64,000 bases of DNA. Source: Phycisphaerales bacterium (GTDB taxonomy: Bacteria; Planctomycetota; Phycisphaerae; Phycisphaerales; SM1A02). The stretch is from the NCBI GenBank assembly GCA_009691725.1, contig SIAP01000007.1, positions 11,689 to 75,688 on the forward strand, written 5' to 3'. Positions 42,808 through 51,618 of the stretch are shown here, piece by piece. The position numbers were made by a program, and so were the translations under genes. Within the stretch, counting starts at the first letter, position 1, and every line of letters begins with the position of its first letter. The notes beneath the pieces are model-generated. The model did no database searches, was not told the DNA's origin, and saw nothing but the letters and a program-made list of their open reading frames with translations.

Positions 42808-44558
42808 TGGTGGACTTCTCCGGGGGTGGATTGTTGACTCTCGTCGGGTGCCCTTGATGTCGATTCACCCACAATTGGAATGACCTCGAGAGTGCTTCCG
42901 CGACGACCGATGACGCGCACACGCTCTCCTGCGTCAACGAACTCTCCAGTGGTGTGAGCATCGAATGGAGCGCCGCCAATTTCGACGCGCCCCGATGGTC
43001 GAAGCGTGGTGAGCGTCATCGCATACGAGCCAGGACGCGGCCACCGTGGATCATCGGGACGTTGTCCGTTGGACCCAGCCGCCACAACAGTCTGCAGAAT
43101 CGCTCGATGTGCAAAGCTTGATCGTGGCAGTGCCTTCGATGCGAACCACAGAGCGATGGCAGATCCAAACAATCCTGCGAGCGTGGATCCAATTCCCATA
43201 AAAAGTTGTTCTTGACCGACGGAACTCGAGAGATCGCGCGTGACGAAACTTGACACGAGCCCCGTCAGGACGAGCGCTCCTCCAGCGCATGCAATCCAAC
43301 CCCCCAACGGGAGGACGACAACATCGAGCGCAACGAGCGCAAATCCCACCACGATCGCAATCAATTCCCACCACTCAGCAAGGCCGACAAATGCTGGTGC
43401 TCCAACAAGCAGGAGGAGCGCGATCGCCGCAACCGAGCCGAACATGCCAACTCCAGGCGAGAGTCCTTCAAGGACGAATCCAACGATCATCAGCACGATG
43501 AGTGCGATGCGCACGGGCCACGAAATCAAGAATCGAACAAGGTGCTCCGACCACGATTCGTCGTATCGCAACGCAGAGTTCGCCCCGAACCATGCGACAA
43601 GTTCCTGATCGTTGGCGATCGTCGCACGCGCAAGTCCAAGCGCCCGTGCTTCATGTGGATGCAACACGAGGAGTTGATCGGACTTCACAATCTGGCTGAG
43701 CAGTTTCCATTGACCGCGCTGTGATGCATCAAGTCGCGGTCGCGAAGGCACCACCGTTGGCGCAGGCACTTCGAGGACATCCTTTGATCGGTACTGCGTA
43801 AAAAACGGTGAGGGGGGGGTGACATCACCCTCTTGGCTGACGCTGGATGGTTGCACTGCGATCGATTGTCGTGGAGGCGCCTCGCCAAACACTTCCTCGA
43901 ACTCTGCGGCATCAACAAGGGCGCGTTGGCTCTCGTCCGTCCGTTCAATCAGCCACAGTTCGCTGCCCAATCGGACGAACGACTGCACAAGGTTCTCGTC
44001 GTAGCCAGCTCGACGGGCGCTCTCGATCACCTCTGCGATGATCGGAGCCTCCATCTTCGCTCGCTCGGTCTGTGGAAGGGGGATGATTCCGATACCAGGA
44101 ACCGCTTGGATCGGTGCGGCATCTCCGAATGCGGAATCGGGTGACACCAGGATTTCGCGCGTGGCAAGGGCGAGAATCGCCCCAGCGGAGTACGCATGGG
44201 GATGAATCCAGGCCACTGTGTTCGCAGGCATTTGCGTCTTGATGTAATGGCAGAGTTGGAGGGTCGCAAACAAGTCGCCTCCGGGAGTGTCGAATTCGAG
44301 CACGATCGCTTGAGCCCCTTGCGCGGTGGCAAGGTCTGTCCGTCTGACAATGGAGGCGAACGTCAACTCATCGATGACGCCGCGCACAGACAGAATGGCG
44401 ATGGAACCAGCGTGTCGCTCAGCGGGGACGGCTCGCGGCGGATCTGCAAGGAGGTGTGCGCCCACACCGAGGAGCGTTAAGAAAACGAGTACAAGGAAGC
44501 GCGGGTTTGCCACTGCTCCATCATGGTAGGGAGAGAGAATCACTCCAGGAAAACGCAA
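42804..44558 (-). CDS. NfeD-type membrane-bound ClpP-class serine protease (long form)
   Basis: Periplasmic ClpP-like domain (VLEFDTPGGDL, HAYSAGAILALATREILV), a TM block and a C-terminal OB domain. The start is uncertain: TTG 44558 or GTG 44513. Confidence 0.78.
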   Translation of the reverse strand: MRFPGVILSPYHDGAVANPRFLVLVFLTLLGVGAHLLADPPRAVPAERHAGSIAILSVRGVIDELTFASIVRRTDLATAQGAQAIVLEFDTPGGDLFATLQLCHYIKTQMPANTVAWIHPHAYSAGAILALATREILVSPDSAFGDAAPIQAVPGIGIIPLPQTERAKMEAPIIAEVIESARRAGYDENLVQSFVRLGSELWLIERTDESQRALVDAAEFEEVFGEAPPRQSIAVQPSSVSQEGDVTPPSPFFTQYRSKDVLEVPAPTVVPSRPRLDASQRGQWKLLSQIVKSDQLLVLHPHEARALGLARATIANDQELVAWFGANSALRYDESWSEHLVRFLISWPVRIALIVLMIVGFVLEGLSPGVGMFGSVAAIALLLLVGAPAFVGLAEWWELIAIVVGFALVALDVVVLPLGGWIACAGGALVLTGLVSSFVTRDLSSSVGQEQLFMGIGSTLAGLFGSAIALWFASKALPRSSFAHRAILQTVVAAGSNGQRPDDPRWPRPGSYAMTLTTLRPSGRVEIGGAPFDAHTTGEFVDAGERVRVIGRRGSTLEVIPIVGESTSRAPDESQQSTPGEVHQ

Positions 44559-44570
44559 GGGAGCCCAATG

Positions 44571-44597
44571 AAAAACCCCAGCCGCACTCGGCTGGGG
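44571..44597 (-). terminator. rho-independent terminator after the DUF1559-like gene
   Basis: Minus strand reads CCCCAGCCG-AGTG-CGGCTGGGG followed by TTTTTCATT. The element also forms a hairpin followed by a T-rich tract (TTTGGGTTTT) when read on the plus strand. Confidence 0.65.
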
Positions 44598-44635
44598 TTT
44601 GGGTTTTCATACGACCGGACGAAGCGATCTGAAAA

Positions 44636-45541
44636 TCAATCCCAACTTGCAATGTGCTGTGCAGGAAGACCTGTTCCGCTGGCACTTGTGATGATTTGAA
44701 TCAGCGAGTCGGTGTTGTTGGCACCTTCGGTCGCATACACATTGTCAAGGAAGGAAGTCGATCCACTGATAATCTTGTCCAAGCCTTCTGGCGAGAAGGT
44801 TCGTCCATACACAACATGGTTGTCGTTGAAACACAGGTTGCCGTCCCATTCACTCTTCGCTCCGTGGATGAGCAGCGTTTCAGAATTGGTGTACTCCACC
44901 GTATTCGTGATGCCGTCCCTCACGCCGCGGTTTCCCAACACGACGAACTTCGAGTTCGCCGAGTTCTTCCACTCCTTCTTGCGACGAATCGTGTTCGACA
45001 GTGGCATCGTCGCATACGACGTCGCCGACGCGTTCAAGACGGGACCCGTTCCGGTGATCTGGAGATTGCCGGCTGCACCGCCGCCGCCGCCGTCGGCCGT
45101 GTCGCCGTCCCAGTAGACATCTGTGGCAGGCTTATATGCATTGAAATTAAAATTGCTGCACACGCCGACTCGAGAACTGGTCTCGGATGGGCTGATAAGC
45201 AATGCCGCAGGGAACAATTGCTTGGCAATGCATGCGGAGTAGAGGTTTTGGTGCGAGTTCTTCGCCTCATTCTCAATGCCCCGGCCAGGCGTGTTGACGG
45301 CAGGAGTCCCGAAAGGCAAGCGATTGATCTCGCCAGGGAGCGGGAAGTTGCCAGCGGGACTCTCATTTGCCTGCGTCAGGAGACCTGCGTGAATCTGCTT
45401 CACCTGAGTCGCGCACTTGATTTGTCGTGCGTTGGCGCGAGCCTTGGCAAGAGCTGGCAAGAGGATTCCAAGCAGCAACGCGATAATCGCCATCACGACT
45501 AGGAGTTCAATCAGGGTGAAGGCTCGATGTGACTGTTTCAT
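44636..45541 (-). CDS. prepilin-type N-terminal domain protein, DUF1559-like
   Basis: HRAFTLIELLVVMAIIALLLGILLPALAKARANARQIKCATQVKQIH is the typical planctomycete DUF1559 N-terminus. Start at ATG 45541. Confidence 0.78.
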   Translation of the reverse strand: MKQSHRAFTLIELLVVMAIIALLLGILLPALAKARANARQIKCATQVKQIHAGLLTQANESPAGNFPLPGEINRLPFGTPAVNTPGRGIENEAKNSHQNLYSACIAKQLFPAALLISPSETSSRVGVCSNFNFNAYKPATDVYWDGDTADGGGGGAAGNLQITGTGPVLNASATSYATMPLSNTIRRKKEWKNSANSKFVVLGNRGVRDGITNTVEYTNSETLLIHGAKSEWDGNLCFNDNHVVYGRTFSPEGLDKIISGSTSFLDNVYATEGANNTDSLIQIITSASGTGLPAQHIASWD

Positions 45542-45601
45542 AGTTTTTCCAATCTGTTTCGATGTAAGAGAATTCATATTGAGAAGTGTGTCTTTCAAAT
45601 G

Positions 45602-46600
45602 TCAAGGTGCGATTGCGGTGTCGTAGATCACAGTACCGTTGCTGGTCGTGGGCGCACCGATGGTGATTGCCAAGATTGCATCTCCTTGATTCGCAGCTCC
45701 TGCGAGCCCAGTCTGTCCGCACAGGAAGTCCATGCAGAAGATGTTGTCCTTGTCGAGCGAGAAGTTTCCACCACAATCGAATTGGGTCTGAATCGGGAAC
45801 ATGGTGGTTGTGAACTCTGCGTGATTGTCCGCATAGACGATGTTGCCATCCCATTCCTTCTTTGATCCGTGCAGCAGCAGCGTTGGGCTGTTCTTGAAAT
45901 CTGTCGCAACTGTCATTGCTGATAGAGGACCGCTGTTTGCATGCTTCGGTCCACGGGTTCCAAGGAGTGGGCGCGAACTGTCGCTATTGGACTTCCATGC
46001 CACGAGCTTCCGGCTTCCAAAGAGAGCCTGATGCGCATAGGACGAGTGGCACACGGATGTTGTCGGCTGATGGAGATTGCAGAGGAACGTGGTATCCCAG
46101 TACTTGTCGGTCGAAGGGTCATACTGCGCGTAGTCGTATGGGAGATCGTTGGCGAGTCCGACGAGGTATCCCTTCCCCTTTTCAACAACGTTTGATCCGC
46201 TGTACTCGGTTGGACCAATAAGAATGTCCGTGTTGAAGAGTTCGCGTGCAACGCAAGCTGAGTAGAGATTGGCAGAGTTGTTCTTGCCGAAGTCCTCTGC
46301 ACCCATGCCTTGGATCTGCTGTGTTCCAACTCCACCACCTGCAGTGATGCTGGTTCCCATGCGATTGATCCAACCCGGGATCGGCAATTTGCCGTCGGGA
46401 GTCTCGTTCGCATAGATCATCATGGCCTTGTGAATCTGCGCGGCCTGGGTTGAATCTTTCACCGTGCGAGCCTGGTCCCTCGCCTTCGAAAGTGCTGGAA
46501 GGAGGAGCCCGATCAGGATCGCGATGATTCCGATCACGACGAGCAACTCAACGAGGGTAAAGGCACGGGGTTTTGCTTTCAATTCTGGCATGTCTGGCAT
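45602..46600 (-). CDS. prepilin-type N-terminal domain protein, DUF1559-like (tandem paralog)
   Basis: [48 protein letters not shown]-terminal [20 protein letters not shown] parallels the neighbouring gene. AAGGAA lies 7 nt before the ATG. Confidence 0.78.
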   Translation of the reverse strand: MPDMPELKAKPRAFTLVELLVVIGIIAILIGLLLPALSKARDQARTVKDSTQAAQIHKAMMIYANETPDGKLPIPGWINRMGTSITAGGGVGTQQIQGMGAEDFGKNNSANLYSACVARELFNTDILIGPTEYSGSNVVEKGKGYLVGLANDLPYDYAQYDPSTDKYWDTTFLCNLHQPTTSVCHSSYAHQALFGSRKLVAWKSNSDSSRPLLGTRGPKHANSGPLSAMTVATDFKNSPTLLLHGSKKEWDGNIVYADNHAEFTTTMFPIQTQFDCGGNFSLDKDNIFCMDFLCGQTGLAGAANQGDAILAITIGAPTTSNGTVIYDTAIAP

Positions 46601-47002
46601 GACGATGTTCCTTCAGTGAAGATGTATGAAACAAGAGAACCGACAGTGAATTTGCCAACACAACGCCGACTGTTGCCGAACAGCAATGTTGGTAAAAAAT
46701 GCGAGGATTTGACTCAATTCCGAATCAACCGACAGGAGGCGTGGCTCTCTGGAAGACGAGATCAGCGTCGCTGACCACCCGCATCCAAATCGAACACCAC
46801 CTGGAGAGGTTCAAGTTGTCAGTTGCTGGGTCGGAAGAATCGTGCCGAAGATTCGGCAAGAAGGACGGTGTGAGCGCGAGCTCGAAAATGTGACTCCAGC
46901 AGCCAGTCGATACACAAGACTCTACGAGGGTAACCCGAATCTGGATTGAGTCAAATATGGGATTTCAGAAATAATCTTGACCGGTCGGTACGCTCGTCCG
47001 CC

Positions 47003-47482
47003 ATGAACAACCAAAATCTGCCATCGGCGACGGAAACCCTTGCGCAATTAGGACTTGCTCTGCCGATCGCACCAAAGCCAGTCGCATCGTATGTGCCAGC
47101 GGTTCGGACTGGAAATCTATTGATTGTGAGCGGCCAGTTGCCATTTCGGGACGGAAAGCTGATCGCCACTGGAAAGGTGCCATCGGTCGTCTCAATCGAG
47201 GCGGCGCAAGAGTGCGCTCGCCAATGCGTCCTGAATGGGCTCGCTGTTGCAGTTGCGCAGTGCGGGGGCTCGCTCGACGCCGTGTCGCGGATTGTCCGGC
47301 TCGGTGTGTTTGTTGCATGCGATGATGGCTTTTCCGACCAACCGAAGGTGGCGAATGGGGCAAGCGATCTGTTGCAGCAAATCTTCGGAGAGTCTGGTCG
47401 CCATGCTCGCGCGGCGGTTGGAACGAACGCGCTGCCGCTGAACTCATGCATCGAAATCGAAATGATGATCGAATTGCGGTAG
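47003..47482 (+). CDS. RidA/YjgF family protein
   Basis: 159 aa from ATG 47003. GNLLIVSGQLPF...GKL and the C-terminal ARAAVGTNALPLNSCIEIEMMIEL pattern are typical of YjgF/RidA. Confidence 0.8.
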   Translation: MNNQNLPSATETLAQLGLALPIAPKPVASYVPAVRTGNLLIVSGQLPFRDGKLIATGKVPSVVSIEAAQECARQCVLNGLAVAVAQCGGSLDAVSRIVRLGVFVACDDGFSDQPKVANGASDLLQQIFGESGRHARAAVGTNALPLNSCIEIEMMIELR

Positions 47483-47493
47483 TCGTGTTCAAA

Positions 47494-48819
47494 TCACTTC
47501 AGCGCGAGGAGCAGCGCGAGTAATACACACACGCATGCGAGTCCCACGATTGCGGCAATCGCAACGGGAGGAATGCCGTGTTTGTCGCGCGCTCCGGACT
47601 GAACTTCGCTCTCCGCGGTCCCTTCAACATCTGTCGCGATTCCCGCAAGGTCGACTCCACGGCTTGCGTATCGCAAGGGCTCTCCTGCAATCGCGAGGTC
47701 AAGATCCTCCAGAAGTTCGTCTGCGGTTTGGTATCTATCTCGCGGAGCCTTCATCATCATCATCTCGACAATTTCGGCCGTCCCCTGCGAAATCCCGCTC
47801 GCGACCTGATCCGGCGGAGTCAGTTCTTGCCGCAAGTGCCGTTGCATGACTTCGGTTGGGTCCTTCCCTTCAAAGGGGACGCGACCCGTCAACATATGAA
47901 AGAGTGTCGCGCCGAGTCCGTAGATATCGGCAGGCGGACCGAGATCAACCGAACCGCGGATCTGCTCTGGACTGATGTAGTAGGGTGTGCCAAAGGCCTT
48001 GTTGCGCTCCGCTTCGGCTGACTTCTTGTCAGCGATCGCCCGAGCAAGTCCAAGATCTGCGAGTTTTACGACATTGGACTTCGTGATCATGATGTTTTTT
48101 GGTTTGATGTCGCGGTGAATGAAGCCTCGCGCATGCGCGTGCTTCAATGCGCTGGCGACTTGCCGAGTAATCACGAGCGCATCGCGATCCTTCAGTTTCT
48201 TGAAGCGGGTGATTCGGTCGTAGACGGTTTCTCCCTCGACATACTCCATCACAAAGTAGTGCTGGTCTCCAACCTGTCCGACATCGAAAGCGCCAACGAT
48301 GTTGGGGTCGGAGAGTTTGGCTGCTGCACGACCTTCTTTGTAGAAGCGCTCGATAAAAGCAGTATCGGAGGAGTATCGGCGGGGAAGAATCTTGATTGCC
48401 ACCAGTCGATCCAGACTCGTTTGCTTGGCGAGATAGACAGATGCCATCGCCCCAGCTCCCAACTTTCGCATGATCTGATACCCAGGGATTCGAAGGACCG
48501 TGCGATCGCCTTCGGCTTCGGTGCGCAGTCGGGAAAGCTGGCGGCGGGTGATGATCTGCGCTTCGACCAGCACATCCACAAAAGCACGCTGCTGGTCGGT
48601 CCCCGTCCGCATTGCAGCGAATGCGGCGTCAACTTCGGCTTGAGGGGCAAGCCCGCGTTCCACGACGAGCCGTCCGATGAGTGAATCCGATGAGCTGCCG
48701 CCGCGCGATCCTCCGCTCTCGTTTCCGAGACTCATAAAGGATCCGGACGAGGATGACTTCGAGACCGAAGAATCACCAGGTGCTGGAGGCGGGTTTGAAG
48801 TTGGGTCGGTCGAGCTCAC
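47494..48819 (-). CDS. Ser/Thr protein kinase, C-terminally membrane-anchored
   Basis: GAGAMASVYLAKQ, VAIKIL, HRDIKPKNIMI, DLGLAR and GTPYYISPEQ. C-terminal TM (VAIAAIVGLACVCVLLALLLAL). Confidence 0.92.
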   Translation of the reverse strand: MSSTDPTSNPPPAPGDSSVSKSSSSGSFMSLGNESGGSRGGSSSDSLIGRLVVERGLAPQAEVDAAFAAMRTGTDQQRAFVDVLVEAQIITRRQLSRLRTEAEGDRTVLRIPGYQIMRKLGAGAMASVYLAKQTSLDRLVAIKILPRRYSSDTAFIERFYKEGRAAAKLSDPNIVGAFDVGQVGDQHYFVMEYVEGETVYDRITRFKKLKDRDALVITRQVASALKHAHARGFIHRDIKPKNIMITKSNVVKLADLGLARAIADKKSAEAERNKAFGTPYYISPEQIRGSVDLGPPADIYGLGATLFHMLTGRVPFEGKDPTEVMQRHLRQELTPPDQVASGISQGTAEIVEMMMMKAPRDRYQTADELLEDLDLAIAGEPLRYASRGVDLAGIATDVEGTAESEVQSGARDKHGIPPVAIAAIVGLACVCVLLALLLALK

Positions 48820-48884
48820 GAGTGGTGTTCATGCAGACCGCGGGCCCACTGATGACCTGCACTATACTTCTATTCGTTTACAAC

Positions 48885-49961
48885 ATGCCAATCGTTCCCC
48901 GGCGCATCTTGATTGTCCGCCCAAGCGCGTTGGGCGATGTGTGCCGATCGGTGCCGCTGTTGTGGTCACTGCGATCCGCATTCCCTCTGGCGGTGATTGA
49001 CTGGGTGGTTGAAGATGTGTGGTCTGCCGCGGTCAGCGAGCACCCAGCGTTGAGCAGGGTGGTGCCCTTTCCAAAGCGAGCGTTCCGCGCCGCTTGGCGA
49101 AGCCCAGCGGTTGCCCTGCGAGCGGTGCGCTGGTTCAGGAGTTTGAGGCGCGCCGAGTACGACATGGTGGTCGATGCACAGGGGCTGGCGCGGAGCGGTT
49201 TGATGTCGCTCGCCACTGGCGCGCGGATTCGAATCTCGAGTCGTGCGGGTCGGGAATTCTCATGGATCGCTGCGAATCGTCGTGTTTCGTGCGCGTCTGA
49301 AATGCATGTCGTGGATGCGATGCTCCAACTTGTGGGAGCAGTCGGTGCTTCAACGATTGCTGACATGCGACTCGTCGCACCGAGCAGCGCAACAAAGTGG
49401 TGGGCTGACGAACGCACGCGGTGCGGCATCGGAACGTCGTATGCCATCTTCGCAACCGCCAACGGTTGGGAGGGCAAACGATGGATCGCCGATCGATGGC
49501 GTGCGCTCCTTTCCAACATCGCACAAGAACTTGCCCAACGAGGGATTCGAGATGTCGTGTGGATCGGTGGACCTGGAGAAGAACAACAAGTTCGCACAAA
49601 CATTGGAGATGGCCCGCAGCCTGAGATGCTCGTGTCTCACAATCTCGCTGGACAGACGACCGTCGGTCAAACGATGGCGATTGTGCAGAGCGCATCACTC
49701 GTCGTCGCGTTGGACTCGGCACCGGCACACCTCGCCGTTGGATTTGGAGTTCCCCTGATCGCGCTCTACGGCGCGACCCAACCCGCCACCGACGGACCCT
49801 ATCACTCCGAGCGTTGGTGCGTGCATGGCGGGCGAGGAGAGCGACTTGCTCGTCACGCATATCGAGATGCACGCAGAGGTGGCGCAATGATGGAGCGCAT
49901 CTCCGTTGACGAGGTGGCGGAACTCGTGCGCGCGCGCCTTCGAACTCGGGGCAGTCAGTGA
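48885..49961 (+). CDS. glycosyltransferase family 9 (LPS heptosyltransferase-like)
   Basis: RILIVRPSALGDVCRSVPLL N-terminal signature and C-terminal ALDSAPAHLAVGFGVPLIALYG. Start at ATG 48885. Confidence 0.8.
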   Translation: MPIVPRRILIVRPSALGDVCRSVPLLWSLRSAFPLAVIDWVVEDVWSAAVSEHPALSRVVPFPKRAFRAAWRSPAVALRAVRWFRSLRRAEYDMVVDAQGLARSGLMSLATGARIRISSRAGREFSWIAANRRVSCASEMHVVDAMLQLVGAVGASTIADMRLVAPSSATKWWADERTRCGIGTSYAIFATANGWEGKRWIADRWRALLSNIAQELAQRGIRDVVWIGGPGEEQQVRTNIGDGPQPEMLVSHNLAGQTTVGQTMAIVQSASLVVALDSAPAHLAVGFGVPLIALYGATQPATDGPYHSERWCVHGGRGERLARHAYRDARRGGAMMERISVDEVAELVRARLRTRGSQ

Positions 49962-50575
49962 CTGGGTCTTTCGTGTTGGCGAGTTCGAGTCGTCGCCGTC
50001 GAGAACTGCTGGCAGACGCCGGATTTCAAGCAATTGCGATACCCCCGAAAGTTGATGACGGAATGTTGAGAGTTCGCGCACACCACGCACGCGCGGATTG
50101 CTGCGCACTCGCATGGTTCAAGGGTGTCCAGATTCGAGGGGATGCGGCGGCACTTGATCGCCTCGCTCCGCATGCGAAAGTCATTCTCGCGGCAGACACG
50201 GTGTGCGTGCTTGGTTGCGAAGTCTTGGGAAAGCCCCGCGATATGCAACACGCTCGCTCCATGATCGAGTCAGCGTGCAACCACACGCAATCGGTGGTCA
50301 CAGGCGTGTGCCTCATTGACATCGCAACAGGAAGGCGAACCATGACTGCTGACTCGGCAACAGTTGCGTTCGGCAGTATTCCCAGTGAACTCCTTGAGGC
50401 GCATCTCCAGCGCGGAGCATGGAGGGGTTGCGCAGGCGGGTACAACCTGCAAGAAGTCGTCGCAGAAGGTTGGCCCGTGCAGTGTGTTGGCGATCCGACT
50501 ACTGTGGTCGGTTTGCCCATGGCGATACTCGCTCCGCTCCTCGCACGAGTCCTCTCGAAGGGTGGCCTTCCATGA
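49958..50575 (+). CDS. maf: Maf-like nucleoside triphosphate pyrophosphatase
   Basis: LASSSRRRRELL, AADTVCVL, LGKP, AGGYNLQ and TTVVGLP motifs. The GTG start overlaps the preceding stop (GTGA). Confidence 0.85.
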   Translation: MTGSFVLASSSRRRRELLADAGFQAIAIPPKVDDGMLRVRAHHARADCCALAWFKGVQIRGDAAALDRLAPHAKVILAADTVCVLGCEVLGKPRDMQHARSMIESACNHTQSVVTGVCLIDIATGRRTMTADSATVAFGSIPSELLEAHLQRGAWRGCAGGYNLQEVVAEGWPVQCVGDPTTVVGLPMAILAPLLARVLSKGGLP

Positions 50576-51618
50576 ATAGACGGACAACGATGCTTCCAGC
50601 GTGGTGTGCGCCAGTCGCCGCTCCGGCTTCGCGCATCTACGGATCTATCGTCGCCATGCGAAATGCTGCATGGGACCGCGGGGTCGGAGTGAGTCGTGCT
50701 TCTTTGCCAGTGATATCAATTGGAAACCTGACGGTGGGAGGGACTGGGAAGAGTCCGATGGTTCGCTGGATTGCCTCGTGGGCGATCGCCAAGGGCGTGG
50801 TCCCTTTGATCGCGCTGCGCGGATATCGCAGTTCACGCGCAGGCTCGGATGAGGCACTGGAGCATGAAGCGCTGATCTCCGGCGCACGAGTGGCGGTCGG
50901 CGCGAAGCGCGTGCGGACGGTACGACGGGCGATCGAGATAGACCCCACCATTGGTTGCGTTGTTCTGGACGATGGGTTTCAGCACCGCTCGCTCGCACGA
51001 GACCTCGACCTGGTGCTTGTTGATGGAACGCGATCTCATTTGGATGGTTCACTCTTGCCGCTGGGTTGGTTGCGAGAGCCTCCAGAGAATCTCAGGCGGG
51101 CGGACGGAGTCATCGTGACGCGTTCGCGCGGATATTGCAGGGAACTCGATCAGTTGATCCAGCGGTTGCATGGTCGCCCAGCGCTTGCGTGGTGCGATCA
51201 CATGTGGAGTGGGTTGAGTGTCTACTGCATCGTCGGTGATGCACCTCTGACATCGCAGGAGTTGCCCTGCACGTGGCTGCGAGGCGTGCGTGTGGCCGTG
51301 TGGGCGGGGGTTGCGCAGCCCCAGGCATTCGTTGCGCAGTTGAAGTCGCAGCAGGCGGACATTGTCGAAGTTGCCTCGTTACGCGATCACGCGGAGTACG
51401 GTGCGGCTCGCATCCGCGAACTCGCTCGCGCTGCTCGTGCAGTTGGCGCAACAGCCATCGCGACGACGGGAAAGGACTGGGTCAAGATTGCCCATCACGC
51501 GGCACAGGTCGGACTTCCGGTCGTGGTTCCGAGGCTTGGAATCGCATTTCATCAAGGCGAGGCGGCGCTGGTCGAACGACTCAAAAGCGTGGTTGGGAAG
51601 CTACCCTCGAAGGAATGA
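50572..51618 (+). CDS. lpxK: tetraacyldisaccharide 4'-kinase
   Basis: P-loop ISIGNLTVGGTGKSPMV and DDGFQHRSL. ATG 50572 overlaps the maf stop (ATGA). Confidence 0.88.
   Translation: MNRRTTMLPAWCAPVAAPASRIYGSIVAMRNAAWDRGVGVSRASLPVISIGNLTVGGTGKSPMVRWIASWAIAKGVVPLIALRGYRSSRAGSDEALEHEALISGARVAVGAKRVRTVRRAIEIDPTIGCVVLDDGFQHRSLARDLDLVLVDGTRSHLDGSLLPLGWLREPPENLRRADGVIVTRSRGYCRELDQLIQRLHGRPALAWCDHMWSGLSVYCIVGDAPLTSQELPCTWLRGVRVAVWAGVAQPQAFVAQLKSQQADIVEVASLRDHAEYGAARIRELARAARAVGATAIATTGKDWVKIAHHAAQVGLPVVVPRLGIAFHQGEAALVERLKSVVGKLPSKE

Noticed and set aside
44654-45502. 282-aa plus-strand ORF opposite the DUF1559-like gene
   Set aside because: Antisense. The minus strand has the diagnostic prepilin-type N-terminus.
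48610-48684. MshEN-like c-di-GMP-binding motif in the N-terminal region of the Ser/Thr kinase (SLIGRLVVERGLAPQAEVDAAFAAM)
   Set aside because: The hydrophobic spacing resembles RLGxxLLxxGLLxxxxLxxxLxxQ, but the key Arg and Gln positions are not conserved. I judged it too weak to call.
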